Shown: positions 1 to 14,979, counted from the stretch's first letter. The stretch: DNA of 64,000 nt from the human T2T-CHM13v2.0 reference genome, Homo sapiens (GCF_009914755.1 NC_060926.1); one strand, 5' to 3'. A program made the numbers and translations. Notes: generated by a model from the letters alone, not told the origin.

Positions 1-402
<402 letters not shown>

Positions 403-1015
403 TCCTTCATGTTTTTATCCAGGAGTCAGCACTGCGGTGGAGACAGCCCAGAAAACACACGCAGGCCCTGCTCTTGGCCACGCACGCCAGCTGTGTGATG
501 GGGAGCAAGCCTCTTACCTTCCGGAGCTCCATTTCCTCACATCACCCTGGAGAGAGGTCATCTTTGCCCCCACCTCATCGGGGCACCAGCCCCTCAACCA
601 CTCATACCTGGGCCATCTGGTTCTCCATGGAGAAGAGTAGGCTCTTTGAAAGCACCGTATGAGTGAAGGAATGAGTGAATGAGTCAGCAAACGGATGGAG
701 GGATGGGAAGGTCCATCCATGTAGGCAAACAAGGTCTGCAAAGAGTGCCCTGGGCCCCAGCATTCACTGCACCCTCTCCCTGCCCTGGGCAAGGCCCTGA
801 CCCTGGTGCACTCTAAGCTCCTCTCAGCTCAGCCCCTGACCTCTCCCCTGTCTGCCAGTGCCCCTCCCCTGAGTGTGAAGCGGGGGGCCTCCTTCCCTCG
901 GCTCACCTGGCCCTCATGCGCTCTACCTTTCAATGTCTTCTTTAGGCAGTCATTTCTCCTTTTTCCTTCATGCTCCCCTTTGAATGGGCTTGGAGCTGGG
1001 TCTCTCTAAGGTTCT

Positions 1016-1017
<2 letters not shown>

Positions 1018-1046
<29 letters not shown>
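1018..1046. repeat. (TC)n microsatellite
   Basis: Directly visible. Confidence 0.95.
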
Positions 1047-1048
<2 letters not shown>

Positions 1049-1989
1049 AGAAAGCTCCTTCTCAGCCTTTTCCAGCTTTTCCAGGTCCCAAACTCCTGGG
1101 AGGGGAGCCAGGCCTTGCTTGATCATGCCCTGGATGGATTTGTCATATTAATCCCTTTCCTTCAACTTCAGCAAAACTTCTCATTTTAGCGAAATTAATT
1201 TCAGTTATGGTTGAAAATCCTGAGTATTCCCTTTTTAAAAAATTTTCATAGTCTTTTTTTTTTCTTTGTCACTGATTCTTTACACTATCCTGAGCCATCC
1301 TCCTCATCTGGTGACAGTAGCCCTGTCTCAGAGAGTAGAGATGAGGCTCCACTCCACAGACGCCATCTCATTTAGCCCTCTGGCAGCCCCAGGGAGGTAT
1401 TTTTATCTCCATTTTGCATGTGATGATACCGAAACTAGCAAGTGGATGTGACTTCCAGAGAACCTACCAGCCCCTCACACCTCCTTCTCTTCCCCCTCTA
1501 CATTGAAAGCTCAGCCAGGGCCTGACCCCAGACGCAGTGCTCAGAGACCACAGTGCTTCTAGAGGCCCACAACAGTATTAGAGCTTCTTTTAAAATCAGA
1601 AGGAAGGAAATGAACCTCTAAGATCAAATAGTACATTTGCCTTTATACCAGTGCAGCTATACAATATGATTTCTAATATTTGGGAGGAGAAGGGACCCAT
1701 AAGGTAAAGCACCTTGGCCCATGGAAGTCACCCTGTGACCTGAGCTCAGCCCATTGGAGGTTGAGGGGCTGAAGCCCACTGCCTCTGCTCTCCCTGCCTG
1801 AATCTGCCCCTTGCTCCCAGGGCTCTGATCCTCCTCTACGTTGGCAGTCCTGGTTCCTTAGCAGTTCTGTCTGTCACGGGAGGACTCCCTGGGCTGGGCA
1901 TCTGCAGGGGCAGCCTCTACCTCTCCCTGTGGGACTTCACTAACACAGCTGGAGTAGATGCTAGGGAGGCTCAGGTCATGCACTACTTG

Positions 1990-1996
<7 letters not shown>

Positions 1997-2027
<31 letters not shown>
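1997..2027. repeat. (TC)n microsatellite
   Basis: Directly visible. Confidence 0.95.
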
Positions 2028-2031
<4 letters not shown>

Positions 2032-2244
2032 CTCTCTCATTTTCTATCTCTATCTTTCTCTTACTCTTTTGGCCTTTTAAGTCAGAAGAATAGGCTACTC
2101 TTCACTTACAAGTTTAAAAATAAGTTGTCTTTGCCCTATTTCATTATTGCAGAAGCAATTCATGTTCATTGTAGAATTGTAGGAACAAGATCAAGAGGAA
2201 GGATGTAGGAAGAATCTCTATGGGGAAGAGGGTGACTTTGAGAT

Positions 2245-2538
2245 ACAATCTCTTGCCCTGATCTGAGCTTTCAGTTACCTAAGGTACAGTACAGTAAGAT
2301 ACTGAGAGAGAGAGAGAGACTAGTTCATATAACTTTTATAGAGTACGTTGTTACAATTGTTTTACTTCATTATTCATTGTTGTTAATATCTTACTGTGTC
2401 TAATTTATAAAATAAACTTTATCATAGTTATTCGCATATAGGAAAACTATCATGTATGTAAGGTTCAGTCATATCTCTGGTTTCAGGCATCCGCTGGGGG
2501 TCTTGGAAAGCATCCCCCATAGGTAAGGGGGAACCACC
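2245..2538 (+). mobile_element. MER44-like (Tigger family) non-autonomous DNA transposon
   Basis: tttcagttacc near the start and terminal ggtttcaggcatccgctgggggtcttggaa..atccccc..taagggggg. Confidence 0.7.
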
Positions 2539-3755
2539 TATTCATGGGACAGATAGATGATCACCCAGTGGCAGCTCGAAGGGAGATTAGGGCACAGATA
2601 AGGCTGGAGGACATCAGTGTAAAGAGGCCACCCTGTGAGGGGCCCAGAAGGGAGCCCTGGAGACCCTCTGGGTGCATTGATCACCTCAGATGGGGGCCCA
2701 AGGGATGCCGACGCAGGGCAAAGCACTACAGCAGACTCGGCACAGGTGCCTGGGGCTGTGCACGCCCTGGCAAGCGCCCACTCTGCCCTGCTCCGCACCT
2801 AGTGAGGACGTGTAACACACACAGTGCCTCCTTTAATGCTGAAGGCATCACACAGATGCAGATATTATTAATTCCAGTTTAGGAAGACAAAAAGTGAGGC
2901 TCAAAGAGGTGATTTCCCCAGTGCTTCCCTGTGCATCACTGACACGCTCTCTCCTGGAAGCCAGGTGTGTCTTCCTCCAGCTCTGGGACTCTGCAGCCTG
3001 CCCTGCTGGGAGGGGGCTGCCCATGACCCCTTGCCCTTCTGCTCAGATCGTTACAGCCCTGAGGTCGCTCTCCTGGCCTCTGAAGAAAAGGCCTTTCTTT
3101 GTTCCCCCCACACCCGGAACCACTTGTGTTCCCTCTGCCGTCCTCCGCAGGCACCCACCTGTGTCCCAGCAGCTGCGAATGCAGTGCTCAGAGTGGTACA
3201 CAAGGGCTGGGTTGTGACAGTCCTGCCAGCCCAGGCCAACCCACTCTTCCCCCGGGGAAGGAGTGGGCAGCTGCCTCCCAAGGTCACTACAGGGGCACTG
3301 GGAGAGAATAATGCCCCCACCAACTCCTGGCCAATTCCTGGAATGCCTCCACCGTGGAACCACCCCTGGGCTGGCAACTTTATTCTGTGTTAAAGTACAA
3401 CAAGCCAGCCGGAGGATCATTGTCACTGCATGACTGCAATTTCTGTTACACTTTGCTAGGCACTTTCAAATCTGTTTCCACTCTTCATTCGAGACATACT
3501 AGTCTCCCTCTTTTGCAGGTAAATAAAGCAGACCTCAGGAAAGTTCAGTGACTTGGCAGAATTTACACAACCAGGTTGCAATAGAGGAGCCAGACTGGAC
3601 CAGTCCTCGGTCCCTGTCTCCTTTGTGAGTGTACTGTTCAGGCCACTGAAACTCATTCATCATTCTTAAGTGGGAGGGGCTGAGGCTGAAGAGTCATTGC
3701 AAGTAAGAAACTGTGATGCTGGCCTTCCATTCTCCTGCCCCCCTCCCCTCCCTCC

Positions 3756-3757
<2 letters not shown>

Positions 3758-3797
<40 letters not shown>

Positions 3798-3824
3798 GCA
3801 CGCACACACACAAGCACACACACA
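3758..3824. repeat. (AC)n microsatellite with degenerate extension
   Basis: Directly visible. Confidence 0.95.
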
Positions 3825-4228
3825 TTTCTTCCTACACACCATCTCCTTGCGTTTCTTAGCAGCAGACAGGTATCAGCCCCAGACCTGAGGCAGACACTTG
3901 GGGATCTGGTTCGGGACAGGGCAGACAGGCATTTGGTGCATGGATCCTACTGACCTCCCAGAGATAACTAGAAACAAATGTAAGAACTGCTGCCTACAAC
4001 ATCTTTTGGCCTTGGGTGTTAGGTGCCACATGCTTTTGAAACTTTTTCTACTCCACTATTTTTAGGACTCTGTTCCCACTTCTTTGCTCAGTGTAGAGCA
4101 TCTGCCATGTAGAATATCTCCTCATAGCCTCTTCTGTCTGCTTGTCACTCAAGGTCATTGTAGCCATCAGACCCCACCTAGCAGACAGAGGATTTAGAGA
4201 CAGAGGATTTAGAGATACGTGGATTTAG

Positions 4229-4791
<563 letters not shown>

Positions 4792-7700
4792 TGACCTGAG
4801 CCCTGAGCCTTGAACTTTTCATCCACTTATAGTGAATACAGTCAAGAGCCCCACCATTCAGATCATCCCAGTCCAATCTGATGCATTTGATTTTAATCCA
4901 GGGAGTCCCTACTGCATGCAAGGTGCTGCACAGGAGACATAAAGGGACAAAGACCATATCTTCAAAGGGGCTTCAGCCTAGTAAGGAAGGGGAGATCCAG
5001 GAGCATCAGAAAACAGAATAAGTCAAAAAGCTGATTAGAGACACGTGGCCCAGCAGACTGCTTGCTGCACCTGGCTCAGACACAGGTAACAGTGCCAGGC
5101 TGCTTTGAGATTAAGGCCACATCTTCCTGAACTTTCAAAAGAAGGGGTTCTTCACCTGGGATCCCCACCCTAAAAGTCACACACACACAAAAGAGCGTCA
5201 CAACTACAAATCTCTGTTGCAGTATTTTTGTTTTTGACTTTTTTTGCAGCAGTGGCAATTTTATAAAATTAATTCTTAGATGAAGTCTAGAAATACATAA
5301 GAGATAAAAGTCCATCTGACCCATTTGAGTAAGGAATAAGGCCTGGTGGCCACACCCCCAGGGCCCCTTGTGATGGCTCACTCCCGAGACAAGTTTGAGA
5401 TCTCCTGCCTGGTGCCTTCCAGAGCCAGAGCAGTTAACTGATGCTCGGTCACTGTTTGCTCTCAGGGAGGACACTTTGAGGCCTGGATCTCAGACGATCC
5501 CTCCATAGCAGACGTCTCTACCCCATGCAGTTGTGAAATGCTCTCATTGTGGTTAAATATTTGCCTACAGCCAACTACAATGCACACACAGCTGTTTATC
5601 ACTTTACCAATTAGTTCCATGAGAAAAATGCTATCAAACTTCAGAAGGTTTACGCTCAAACTCCAGGAAGAAATCTGAAATGTTAAAAAAGAGACTGGAT
5701 ACAAAATTGGATTGCGAGAGCAATTCATCCGCAAGCAATTACTAATCACTTTAGACATCCCTGGTTCCACCATCATTGGAAACACTTGGCGTTATGGTGG
5801 TTCTCCCCTGCCGTCAGTCCTCAGAATTGAGAGGGGACAAAGGTGTGAGATGAGATGGCTGCCCTCAAAGCCTTGTTGGGCTTCTTGGGACAGCAAGGTT
5901 CACATCATGACAGGAATAAAAAGCATCCAGTCTTCCTGGTGAGAAATTTCTTATCACACGAATTCAGGTTTCGGATCGAATTGCCTATGACTTACTGCGA
6001 TTAGTTGCTGAACTGGCTCAATAGCTATGTAGCTACTTAGAGAATAACTTCAAGGAGTATAATTCCCCCAACGTAAATGGGTGCTTTTCTAGCTAATAGG
6101 AAATTATAGTAAATTTTGACCTAGTTAGACATAGTCGCAGCTTGTTGAATTAAAATCCTGTGCTTGAAGAGACAGGTTGTTGGTGATCAATGCTGACTGC
6201 TGAGGATGCTCTAAATCTGGAGAATGAATTGGTAAAGACAAGTTGCAGGGATACGAAGCAGGAAGAACAGTGCTGATGTCCAGAGCTCACTACGTGCGCA
6301 GTGTTGCCTGGCGACATTTGTCCCTGGTCATCATCCTGTGCTGCGAGTGGATGCTCCAGGCCATGCCCCCTCCTCAGGATACAGGACATGTCTGTGAGTG
6401 TCAGGGCTGTGATTCAAGCCCAGGGGTTCCAACCCCTAGGCTATCTCTTAATCCCTGCACGGCACCACCCCTCCCTCATATGTGCGGAAACTGGGGAGTT
6501 TCAAGGAAGAACAGAGTATCCTCTCCCAAAAGGAGGGAGAGAAAGTTGGTTCAAGCAGGCTGTCGAGTACATTGATTTATATCAGGCCTTGGTAATTCGC
6601 CCTGGGTCATTTCTTATTTCAGAATCCTGGAGCCTCTGAAAAACCCTTTTGGGACAGGATATTTTTAAACAATTTATTTGAGCGAAATGAAGCTTGTCAC
6701 TCACTGAGAAAACTAACAATGCTAGAGGAAGTCAAAATGCCTCTTTCAGGACGTGGCGGTCACAGGAGGATGAAATCCACGGTGTTCCTTCGAAGTTCCG
6801 ATGAGCTAGTGTTTCCCGCTCATGGGCACTTCTGAGCCTTATTATTATTATTTCCTGGAGGCTTTTGTCCTCTGCCTAACTCTCTTCATGGTCCTAATCT
6901 CTTCTGTTTCCAGGGTGGTGCTTTTGGTAAAAGCCTTCTCTGAGGTTGCAACATCCCAGAGGCACAATTATCTGAGTTTCTGGCCACATCTCGTCTTCCT
7001 CGGCCCAGGGCTGTGGGAACAGAGGCTGAACTGTCTGGAGGATGAAAGGATGAAAGGCTGGCCTCTCACTGCCCTGCCTCCTGCCCTGAGAGCCCCAGTG
7101 GTTCTCAAAGACGGTTCTCCTTTGAATTCCCTGCGTGTGAGGCCCTCCCCAAGGAAAAACAAGTTCTCTCTGCTCCAGTTCATGATGTCTCCTTCTGAGA
7201 CCGCAGCTCCCACTCAGGGAGGCTTGTGCTGCAGCACGCCACTGCCCAGAGCTGCTCTAGCCTCACTGGACCAAGCCTTAAGTTTAGCCAGGACTCACTT
7301 GCTGGGGCCCTTCTGGGACACCCCGATTCCACCCTGGGGCTCAGGATTGCCTGGAGAAGTCTCACTGTGCAGCGCCTCTCCAACCAGTGCACTCACAGAG
7401 GGGCACAAAGAGCCCAGCAGGCCACCCACCTCACCTCCCCATTGCTGTCTCGGCCCTGCCATGAGCCAGTGAGGGTGGCCTTGGGGTACTGGTTTCACCC
7501 CCTTTGGCCTCTGCTTCCCCAGCAATGCCTGTGTCCTCACAGGCACTTCTGTAATCCCTAGAAGGGACTGAGGCAGCAGGGATGTGCCTGCGCTCTGACA
7601 AGAAGCAGGATATCGCATGGGTCACAGGCTTCGAGGGGGCCAGGCTGGGCTACAGGCACAGCTCAGCCTCTTGGTGGCTTAGTCCCCACAGGCACCTTGC

Positions 7701-7802
7701 GTGAGAGGCTGTGGATGAAGTCCCAGGCCTAGCACGGGGCACACACTCAGTAAATGTTAACCAGGGAGGGACCAGAAAGACTCAGAGACAGGGAGACTTC
7801 AA

Positions 7803-8010
7803 CAGGAGGGCTGCAAACTGAGACCCACTGCCAAATCCAGCTGCCCCCTATCTGCACACTTGAAGCTTTCTTGGGGCCCAACAGCACCTATCATTTACGG
7901 AGTGTCATGTGCTGCTTCCCTGCTACAATAGCAGCATTGAATCTTTGCCATAGAGACCGGTGGCCCCCAAGCCTAAACTATTTACTGTCCAGCCCTTTAT
8001 AGACTCCTGA
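7803..8010 (+). mobile_element. MER58-like hAT-Charlie element
   Basis: ccaaatccagctgcc...gctacaatagcag...aagcctaaactatttactgtccagccctttataga. Confidence 0.6.
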
Positions 8011-8714
8011 CTTTAACCAACAGGAGACTCTCTGATGGCACAACTTCTAGGCCTGGGCCCACCTGACCCCATTGCACCTCAACCCCGTGAGTGGATGGGA
8101 AGCCATGGAAGAAAAATCCACCCTGAGGTCAGGGAGCAGGCAGCAGCCAGGGAGGCCCACTAACCTGGGCCCACGAGAAGAGCATCAGTTCCCGTTCCCT
8201 GACCTTCCACTGCCCAGGCTGCTAGCGGGTAGGAGGGGCTCTTGTAGTCTTCCCCTCTCTCCTGCCCTCCTCCTACCTCCTCTGGAAATACAGGCACTCG
8301 GGGCTTTGCCTCTGCCCTGCAGAAAATCCCCACCTCACTGGGCAGGTGCCGGAGGGAGAGCCAGAGCAGGTGCAAGCATGCGAGGCAGGCTTCCCTGAGC
8401 CCGACAGCCAGGGACAACCAGCTAACACCCAAGTTCAGAAAACAGTGCTTTATCACAGGCACGAGCACAGGGGAGCAACCTCTCCACGCACGGGGCCAGG
8501 TGTCAGCTGTGCACTTGCATGCTTCCTTATTGGAACCTCTCCCTACCGGGAGGCCATCATTAGATTTGGAGATGGAGCCTCGGGGGTCAATGTGTGTCCG
8601 TATTCTTCCAGTCATAACCTGGTAGCTCCAGAGCTCAACCGTGGTCTCCTGGAGTCCACACTTCTGCTGACTGCCCTAGCACACACGTGGCCTGGGAGCT
8701 CAGATTCCACAAAT

Positions 8715-9170
8715 GGTCACTGAGCACCAGCTGTGTGTCAGGCCCAGGCCAAAGCCCTGGGAATAAGACAGTGAACAAACCAGCAGGAATCCCAAGAGGA
8801 CCTCACACTTTGGCGAGGTGGACACATGGGTAGGATGCCCAGTACATCAGATGGCACTAAGGGCTGGGTGGCCAGTGAAGCCGGGAAGGGAGATGGAAGG
8901 TGAGGAGTGAGGGGGTGCCATCTTATAGGGTGGCCATAGAAGGCTTCACTAAGGGTGGCAATGTTTGAGAAAGCCCTGAAAAAAGTGAGTGATCCAGACA
9001 TGGGGCCATCTGAGAGAAGCATGACAGGCAGAGAGCACAGCAAGTGCAAGGGTCCTGAGGCAGGTGCAGGCCTGGTCTGACCAAGACACATCCAGGGCCA
9101 GGTGGCTGGGGGATGAGGGAGGGAAAAGGTAACTGAGAGATGCAGGTGGACAGGTGAGGTGGTAGAGAGA
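8715..9170 (-). mobile_element. L2 fragment
   Basis: tgagcacc..tgtgtcaggc..ctgggaataagacagtgaacaa and gcacagcaagtgcaagggtcctgagg typical of reverse L2. Confidence 0.6.
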
Positions 9171-10081
9171 TGAGGGGACCACCTCCCGGCACCTGTTACA
9201 GCATCCAGAATTCCACCATCCCCTCTAAGTCTTGGAGCCTTCAAGGCCCCTCCAGAAGGCTCATGACTCTGAGGAGGTGCCCTTCTGCATCTCACCTTAG
9301 CCCTAACAAGAGACTGAGAGGAAGGCCCGGGCAACCTGTGACATGCGGTGGGAGCTGGGAAGGAGGAAGAGAATAGTGAGCCCTCCTGCAGTCCCTGAAA
9401 TGGGGGGCTTCACACAGTGCCCAATTTGCACATTCACCTGCACACACACAAACACACACATACACGCATACACACACAAACACACAGAGGCCAGCTTTCA
9501 GAGCCTGTCTGAAATTGTCAGATGTATCTTTCGGGTGCCTGGCCCTGCAGGGAATGAGTGTGAGTGTGGGTCCCCTGTCCCCTCAGCACCTGCAGTCCAC
9601 AGAGCACACAGGACCCTTAGGGAGCAGGGAGAATGTGCATGGACCCCTCAACCGCAGCTCTGGGTCAGTGCGAGCCCTGGAGGCATCAGCCTCAGAGAGA
9701 GCACAGAGCAGCAACCTTCTCCCCTCAGGGTGGAGGGGCTGGCCCAGCAGTGGACAGAGAACAGAACTGTGAAAGGAGGTGGATAAGGGAGGTCTCGACC
9801 TGATGCTTCTAGGTCCAAGCTGCCACCTAACCTGGGGGAGGAAGGCCAGGAACCACACTCAGCCCCACCCACACTTCCCTGGCACAATGAAAGCACAGCC
9901 CATATACATAGCCTCCTTCTCCTCTCTGAAATCAGAGAGGCAGAGAGAACAGCTCGGCCTCACACAGCTCAGGCTAGAACCCAGTATTCCACCACCTCAG
10001 TCTTATCCTCACCCATGTCAGAGGTACAGACTAATGTAACTCACCCAGAAGGCAAGTCACACTCGAGGTCAGGATCCTAAT

Positions 10082-10121
10082 ACCCAGAAGGGTATTGGGA
10101 GACCCAGAAGGGTATTGGGAG
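10082..10121. repeat. Perfect 20-bp tandem duplication
   Basis: acccagaagggtattgggag x2. Confidence 0.95.
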
Positions 10122-11187
10122 GTACTTTTCATCTGCTTGATGTGATGAACGGTCCAGGGAGGGCAAGTGAGCGAAGCCCTCCAACCCAAGCACAAGGGCT
10201 CTTTCTGTGCTCTTTCTGTGTGCCTCCTGTCCTAAGTAATATGATGCCAGGACAAGAATCCAGTTGCTCCGGAAGAGACTGACTCCTGATTCCTGCGCTT
10301 CTCATCTTCACCTAACATCTTGGAAGTTGGCCCCCGGGCATCTGTCTGTACTTGGAATCGCTCATGCACACCAAAACACATTCACATTTCTTATCCCTCT
10401 GTCCTCACCACAGCCTGGGACAGTGGCAGGGTGGGGGTGGAGAAGGTGATCACGTTCACTGAGCCCTCCGTGTGCCAGTCGAGCTGCCAGTGTGCTCTCG
10501 GGAGGAGAGTGTCATTATGCCCTTGTTTAAAAGACAAGGTCTGGGGTCCTAACACAACTTGGTATCCTGAGTGTTCCTAAATAAATGGGATTGGAAAGGT
10601 GTGAAATAACAATCCTAAAGCCACACCAATAGCAAATGGCGGAGCCACGACTAGAATTCAGGTGTTTTCCACAACCTCTGTCCCCCACAGATTCCTGGGC
10701 AGGCAGACCGTGCCAACTCCTCTTCTCAGTTCAACCAGGTGCTTTAGGTACCATAATTTTAAGTGGACAAATGGTTTCATGCTTAAACACTGCCAGATCC
10801 TCTCCATGAGATGCACATGTGTACACACATACATGCACACACACTCACACACACACATGCACATGGGCACAGGCACACTGTTGGGAGACTTAAATGACAC
10901 CTCTTAAATCCAGGAGGATCAGCCTCTTGGATTTAAGCTCGAGTCTCTGCTGAGCTTGGACCCTATGCGACCTGAGGGCTCCCAAGTCCTTCCAGAGCAG
11001 GACTGTGGTGCCTTGTCCTAAGAGACCCTGTCTCTGAATAGAAAGTAAGACACCCGCCTCCTGTCAGCAACATCAGGACACAAAGCCCGGACTCACAGGC
11101 AGGCTGTATGTGGCTGTGTCTGAGTGTGCCTGGGCATTGTATTATAATATTTCTTCCAAGGGCCTTCTTTCCATCCTCTTATTCAAG

Positions 11188-11319
11188 CAGATGGAAATGG
11201 CTCCTCCACCCAGGCCTGCCTCTGATAAGCCTCCGAGCGGGAGAAGCAGAACTGAGCCTCTTATCAGTCAGCTGCAGGGGTACCTGGTGGGCCTGTGCTG
11301 GGTGGCCTGGTGTTGATAA
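11188..11319. promoter_or_regulatory. Candidate erythroid enhancer (GATA / E-box / CACCC cluster) in GYPC intron 1
   Basis: WGATAA at 11223, 11261 (reverse) and 11314; CAGATG at 11188; CAGCTG at 11269; CCACCC at 11206 and GGGTGG at 11300; motif evidence only. Confidence 0.45.
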
Positions 11320-14142
11320 AATGGGCTTGGGCCAGCCGCTCACCAGCTTCTCCCTCAGACCCATCCCCAGGCCCCAACCTCTTAGAAATGGGAGCAGTGA
11401 GACCCAGAAAACTTCCTTACTTTCTGAGATACCAAAGCAAGGCAGGCTTCTGGGGGCTATGGGCAACAGGAAGGACCTGATGGGAAACAAGTGGGGGCGG
11501 ATACAGGCTCGGCAAGGCCGCGGGTGGAGAAAGGGGCACTAGAGAGGCCCTCGAGCCCTGAATGTGGTGGTGGGAGCTGGTGCCTCCCACAGGTGTGACA
11601 GGATTTTGCGTGTGCTGAGAATTCCCTGTGAGGCAGACTCTACTGCTCCCATGTGACGGCACTGAGCCTCAGAGAAGATGGAAGCCTTTTTTTAAGTGTT
11701 TTGTTCATTTAAGGTATGATGTGGTGTGGTCGGGTTGGAAGCCAGATCTGCTGGTGCCGAAAGCCCAAGCACCTTGCTCCTTCCTGGGAGCTCTGGCTGG
11801 AGGGGTTCACCCCTCCGAATCCCACCCCTGCCACACACACACACCCTGTTTGAGACAGCACATTTTACCTTCAGAAGTTAACTTTTTTCCTCAGCTTCTG
11901 TTACTGTTAACCCCCCAACACATTTGGTGAGTTCAAACGGAGGCTGGCATGCAATATTTGGGACATACTTGTATTCAAACAATTTTCATTTTTTATCTGA
12001 AAGTCAGATTTCACTGGCTTCCTGTATTGTGTCTGGCAGCTGTGGTAGAAAAGGACCTGAACATGGGTGTTTCTGAAAGGGTCCCAGATGATTCCAAGGT
12101 GCAGCCATAGCTGAGTGCCCAGGGTGAGTGGCTCCTGCTGAGCACACCCACCTGCTGCAGCCCTACCAGGCCCCGCCACAAAGCCCAGGGTGGACGGACC
12201 CTTCGTCATCAGAAACATCCTCCAAGGGGCTTTCCCAGATTCCCTTCCCATCCTTTGCATCCATCTCGTGGATTCCTCCCACAATGAACAGAAATCTATT
12301 TTGTATGTAAATGTAGAATCTGAGACACATCTTAATTTTTAATACTTTACTGTAATTGTGGAAGTGATTCAATAACGGGGCATGTGGAAACATAGAATAA
12401 TAAATAATTATTCATAACCCTCCTACATCTCCCATCACACTGATGTTCCCTTCATTCGCTTCTACTCACACTCCTGCTTAAACCCCAAATTCTCAGACCG
12501 CCAGCCTCTCCTGCAGCTCCTACCTCATACCCAGACCCTTGTCTCTGTCCATCATCCACTCCTGTGAGCCTCTCATTGTGTCATCCTGATTCTTTCTCAG
12601 TAGCTTCAAAGTGCTATTCTAAACAATGGGCTCTCCTTTCCATCCCTACCCTGCTTCAAAACTCTAGAGAATCCCCTTCTCTATGACCTCTTCACCTGTC
12701 GTGGCTGTTCGTCACTACCCGAGAAAACGCAGACTTCTTAGTCTGATCTTCAGGATCCTTCATTGCCCTTTCCTCACCCAAGCAGGTGAGTAATAAAATT
12801 TATTAGTGATATTCACCGTAGTAGTGATGGTGGAAGAAGTAATAAGACAAGGAAAAGAAAAAGAGAAAAATAAGCTAATGATATGTACTGGGTTTAGCCA
12901 TTTATATTCTTTCATTTTTTCCCACCTAAAACCACAGAGTTTATACTTCCCAAAACAACTCAGAAGTAGTTATGTTAAATGTGTAAAGAAAAATTAATGC
13001 ATTTGTTTCATTATGAAACCATCTATACTTGAAAATGATACAATTATTTGAAATCTGTACAACCTGGCTTCTTCCAGCTGTGCTGTGAGCCCTCCACACA
13101 ACCTGGCTTCTCTAGGAGCCTCTAATCCTGATTGAAGAAACAGATCCACCCCTGTAACTGCCTCATGTCTTTTTGGGTAACTGCTTTCACTCTGTTACTT
13201 GGTTTGCTTAAGCAAAGGTTTCTTGCCTTTATCAAGGAAATTAGCACACCAGTCTGACAGAAGAGTAGATTGTGTTTGTGCTTACCCTTCTTCTCCTAAA
13301 ATTAAGTGTTAGCTTTCAAACTTGCTTTTGAAGTGCTAAGAACCCTGATGATAAATGATGAACAAAGCCTCCTGTTTACATTAGAAGCATCAAAACAGCA
13401 GGACTGGGCCAATTCACCCATTCCTGTTGATCATTAGACATTAACTGGTTGTCCAACTTCAACCACATCAACTACAAAATCCTGAAGTGAAACAAAGTCT
13501 AAGTTAGTTGACTTTTCTTTGATTAGTCTCTAGTGCATTTATCACTTTCTATGAAAGAAGCATCTAATTTAGATGGCAGTTGATTTGTGTCATGGGATTT
13601 CTTCTGACAGGAGGCAGAGTTATGTATGTGTTTATGGCTTCTTTGCCTTTAAAAGATTAATGTTGGGCAAATATAAATCACAAGACCTGGATAGGGGGCT
13701 GGGAAGATGGAGCAGGAGCTTGCCAGGGTGATGGATTGAGACGTATTTTAGAGGATTTTCATTGCTAGAAAAACACTGGGAAGATGTGGCAGAGGGGTGG
13801 TGGGGCAGGGACAGTGAAGAGAGATGGCTTTTTCTCCCTAAGCACAGAGAAAGGACAGGATGGGCACTTGAGCCAGGGCAGGTGGCTTTCTGGCTCTGTT
13901 TCAGAAGCAAAATGAAATTGAATTGGTAACTTCCTGAAGCTTCTTTCCTGCCCTGATACCCAGAAGACAGGATTGGAGGACAAAGGAGGGTTCACAGCAC
14001 AGCTGGAAGTGCTCAAGGTACCCAGCTGCTCCAGGAGATAAAGTACTCCCTGCCTGCCCCAGTCACAGGAACTGGCCCCTGAAGCCAGGCTGCCACACCC
14101 TATCTTCCCATAGACCAAGTCTAGGCTTCTGTCCCCTGAGGC

Positions 14143-14631
14143 TGTGTGTGTGTGTCAGTGTGTGTGCATGTTTGTGTGTGCACCTGTCTGTGCATATGTG
14201 GAAAAGTGTGAGAGGAATGTGCATGACAGTGTGTGTGTGCATGTGTGCCTGTGTGTGCATATGTGGGAGAGTGTGTGTAAGAGTATATGTGTATAAGTGT
14301 GTGAGTGCATGTGAGAGTGTGTGAGTGTGTTAGAGTGTGTGAGTGTGTGTGAGAATGTGTGTGATAGTGTGTAAGAAAGAATGTGTGTGTGAGTGTGAGA
14401 GAATGAGTAGGAGTGTGAGTGTGTTTATTAGTGTGTTAGAGTGTGTAAGTGTGTGAGAGAATGTGAGAGAGTAGGAGTGTGTGTGTATAAGAGTGTGACA
14501 GTGTGTGTGTGAGCACGTGTGAGTCTGAGTGTGTGTGTGTATGAGAGTGTGTGTGAGTCTGTGTGTGTGTGAGTCTGTGTGTATGTGAGTGTGTGTATGT
14601 GAGTGTATGTGTGTGAGTGTGTGAGTGTGTA
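14143..14631. repeat. Complex (TG)n/(GAGTGT)n low-complexity tract, ~490 bp
   Basis: Directly visible; source of the His/Thr-rich pseudo-ORFs. Confidence 0.95.
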
Positions 14632-14979
14632 TGTTCATCCTTAAATATATGAGGACAATAAGAATAGCTCCCATGTGCCGGGCAACACCCCGAGAGCCAC
14701 ACTCAGTGCTGCTTTGTATGTGTTGCCTGCCGTAATCCTTCGCTAGGGACGAGCACACGAGGGTCCGGGAGGGGTGCTTGGAGTTGGGACCCAGAGCACC
14801 AGGACTTACTGTCAAATCTCTCTGGCACCAAAACGCATGCTCCCTATGCCACCTATCAGGATGCACCCTTAAAGCACTTTTAAGATGCTTTTTGGAAAGA
14901 GCCATTTGTTGGTGTGCATTTGTCTTCACCACTGCCCCAAACATAGCTGTCCAATATTCAGGTGAAAATGTCCCCCATC

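Noticed and set aside
6822-7472. Longest ORF in the window (216 aa) with a hydrophobic N-terminus
   Set aside because: No recognisable domain, lies in GC-rich intron with overlapping ORFs on both strands, no splice or poly(A) support; consistent with chance
8843-8860. CTCF-like motif (tacatcagatggcactaa)
   Set aside because: Imperfect 5' half and located in an L2 remnant; not supportable from sequence alone
14330-14944. 204-aa His/Thr-rich ORF on the minus strand
   Set aside because: Translation artefact of the (TG)n/(GAGTGT)n tract
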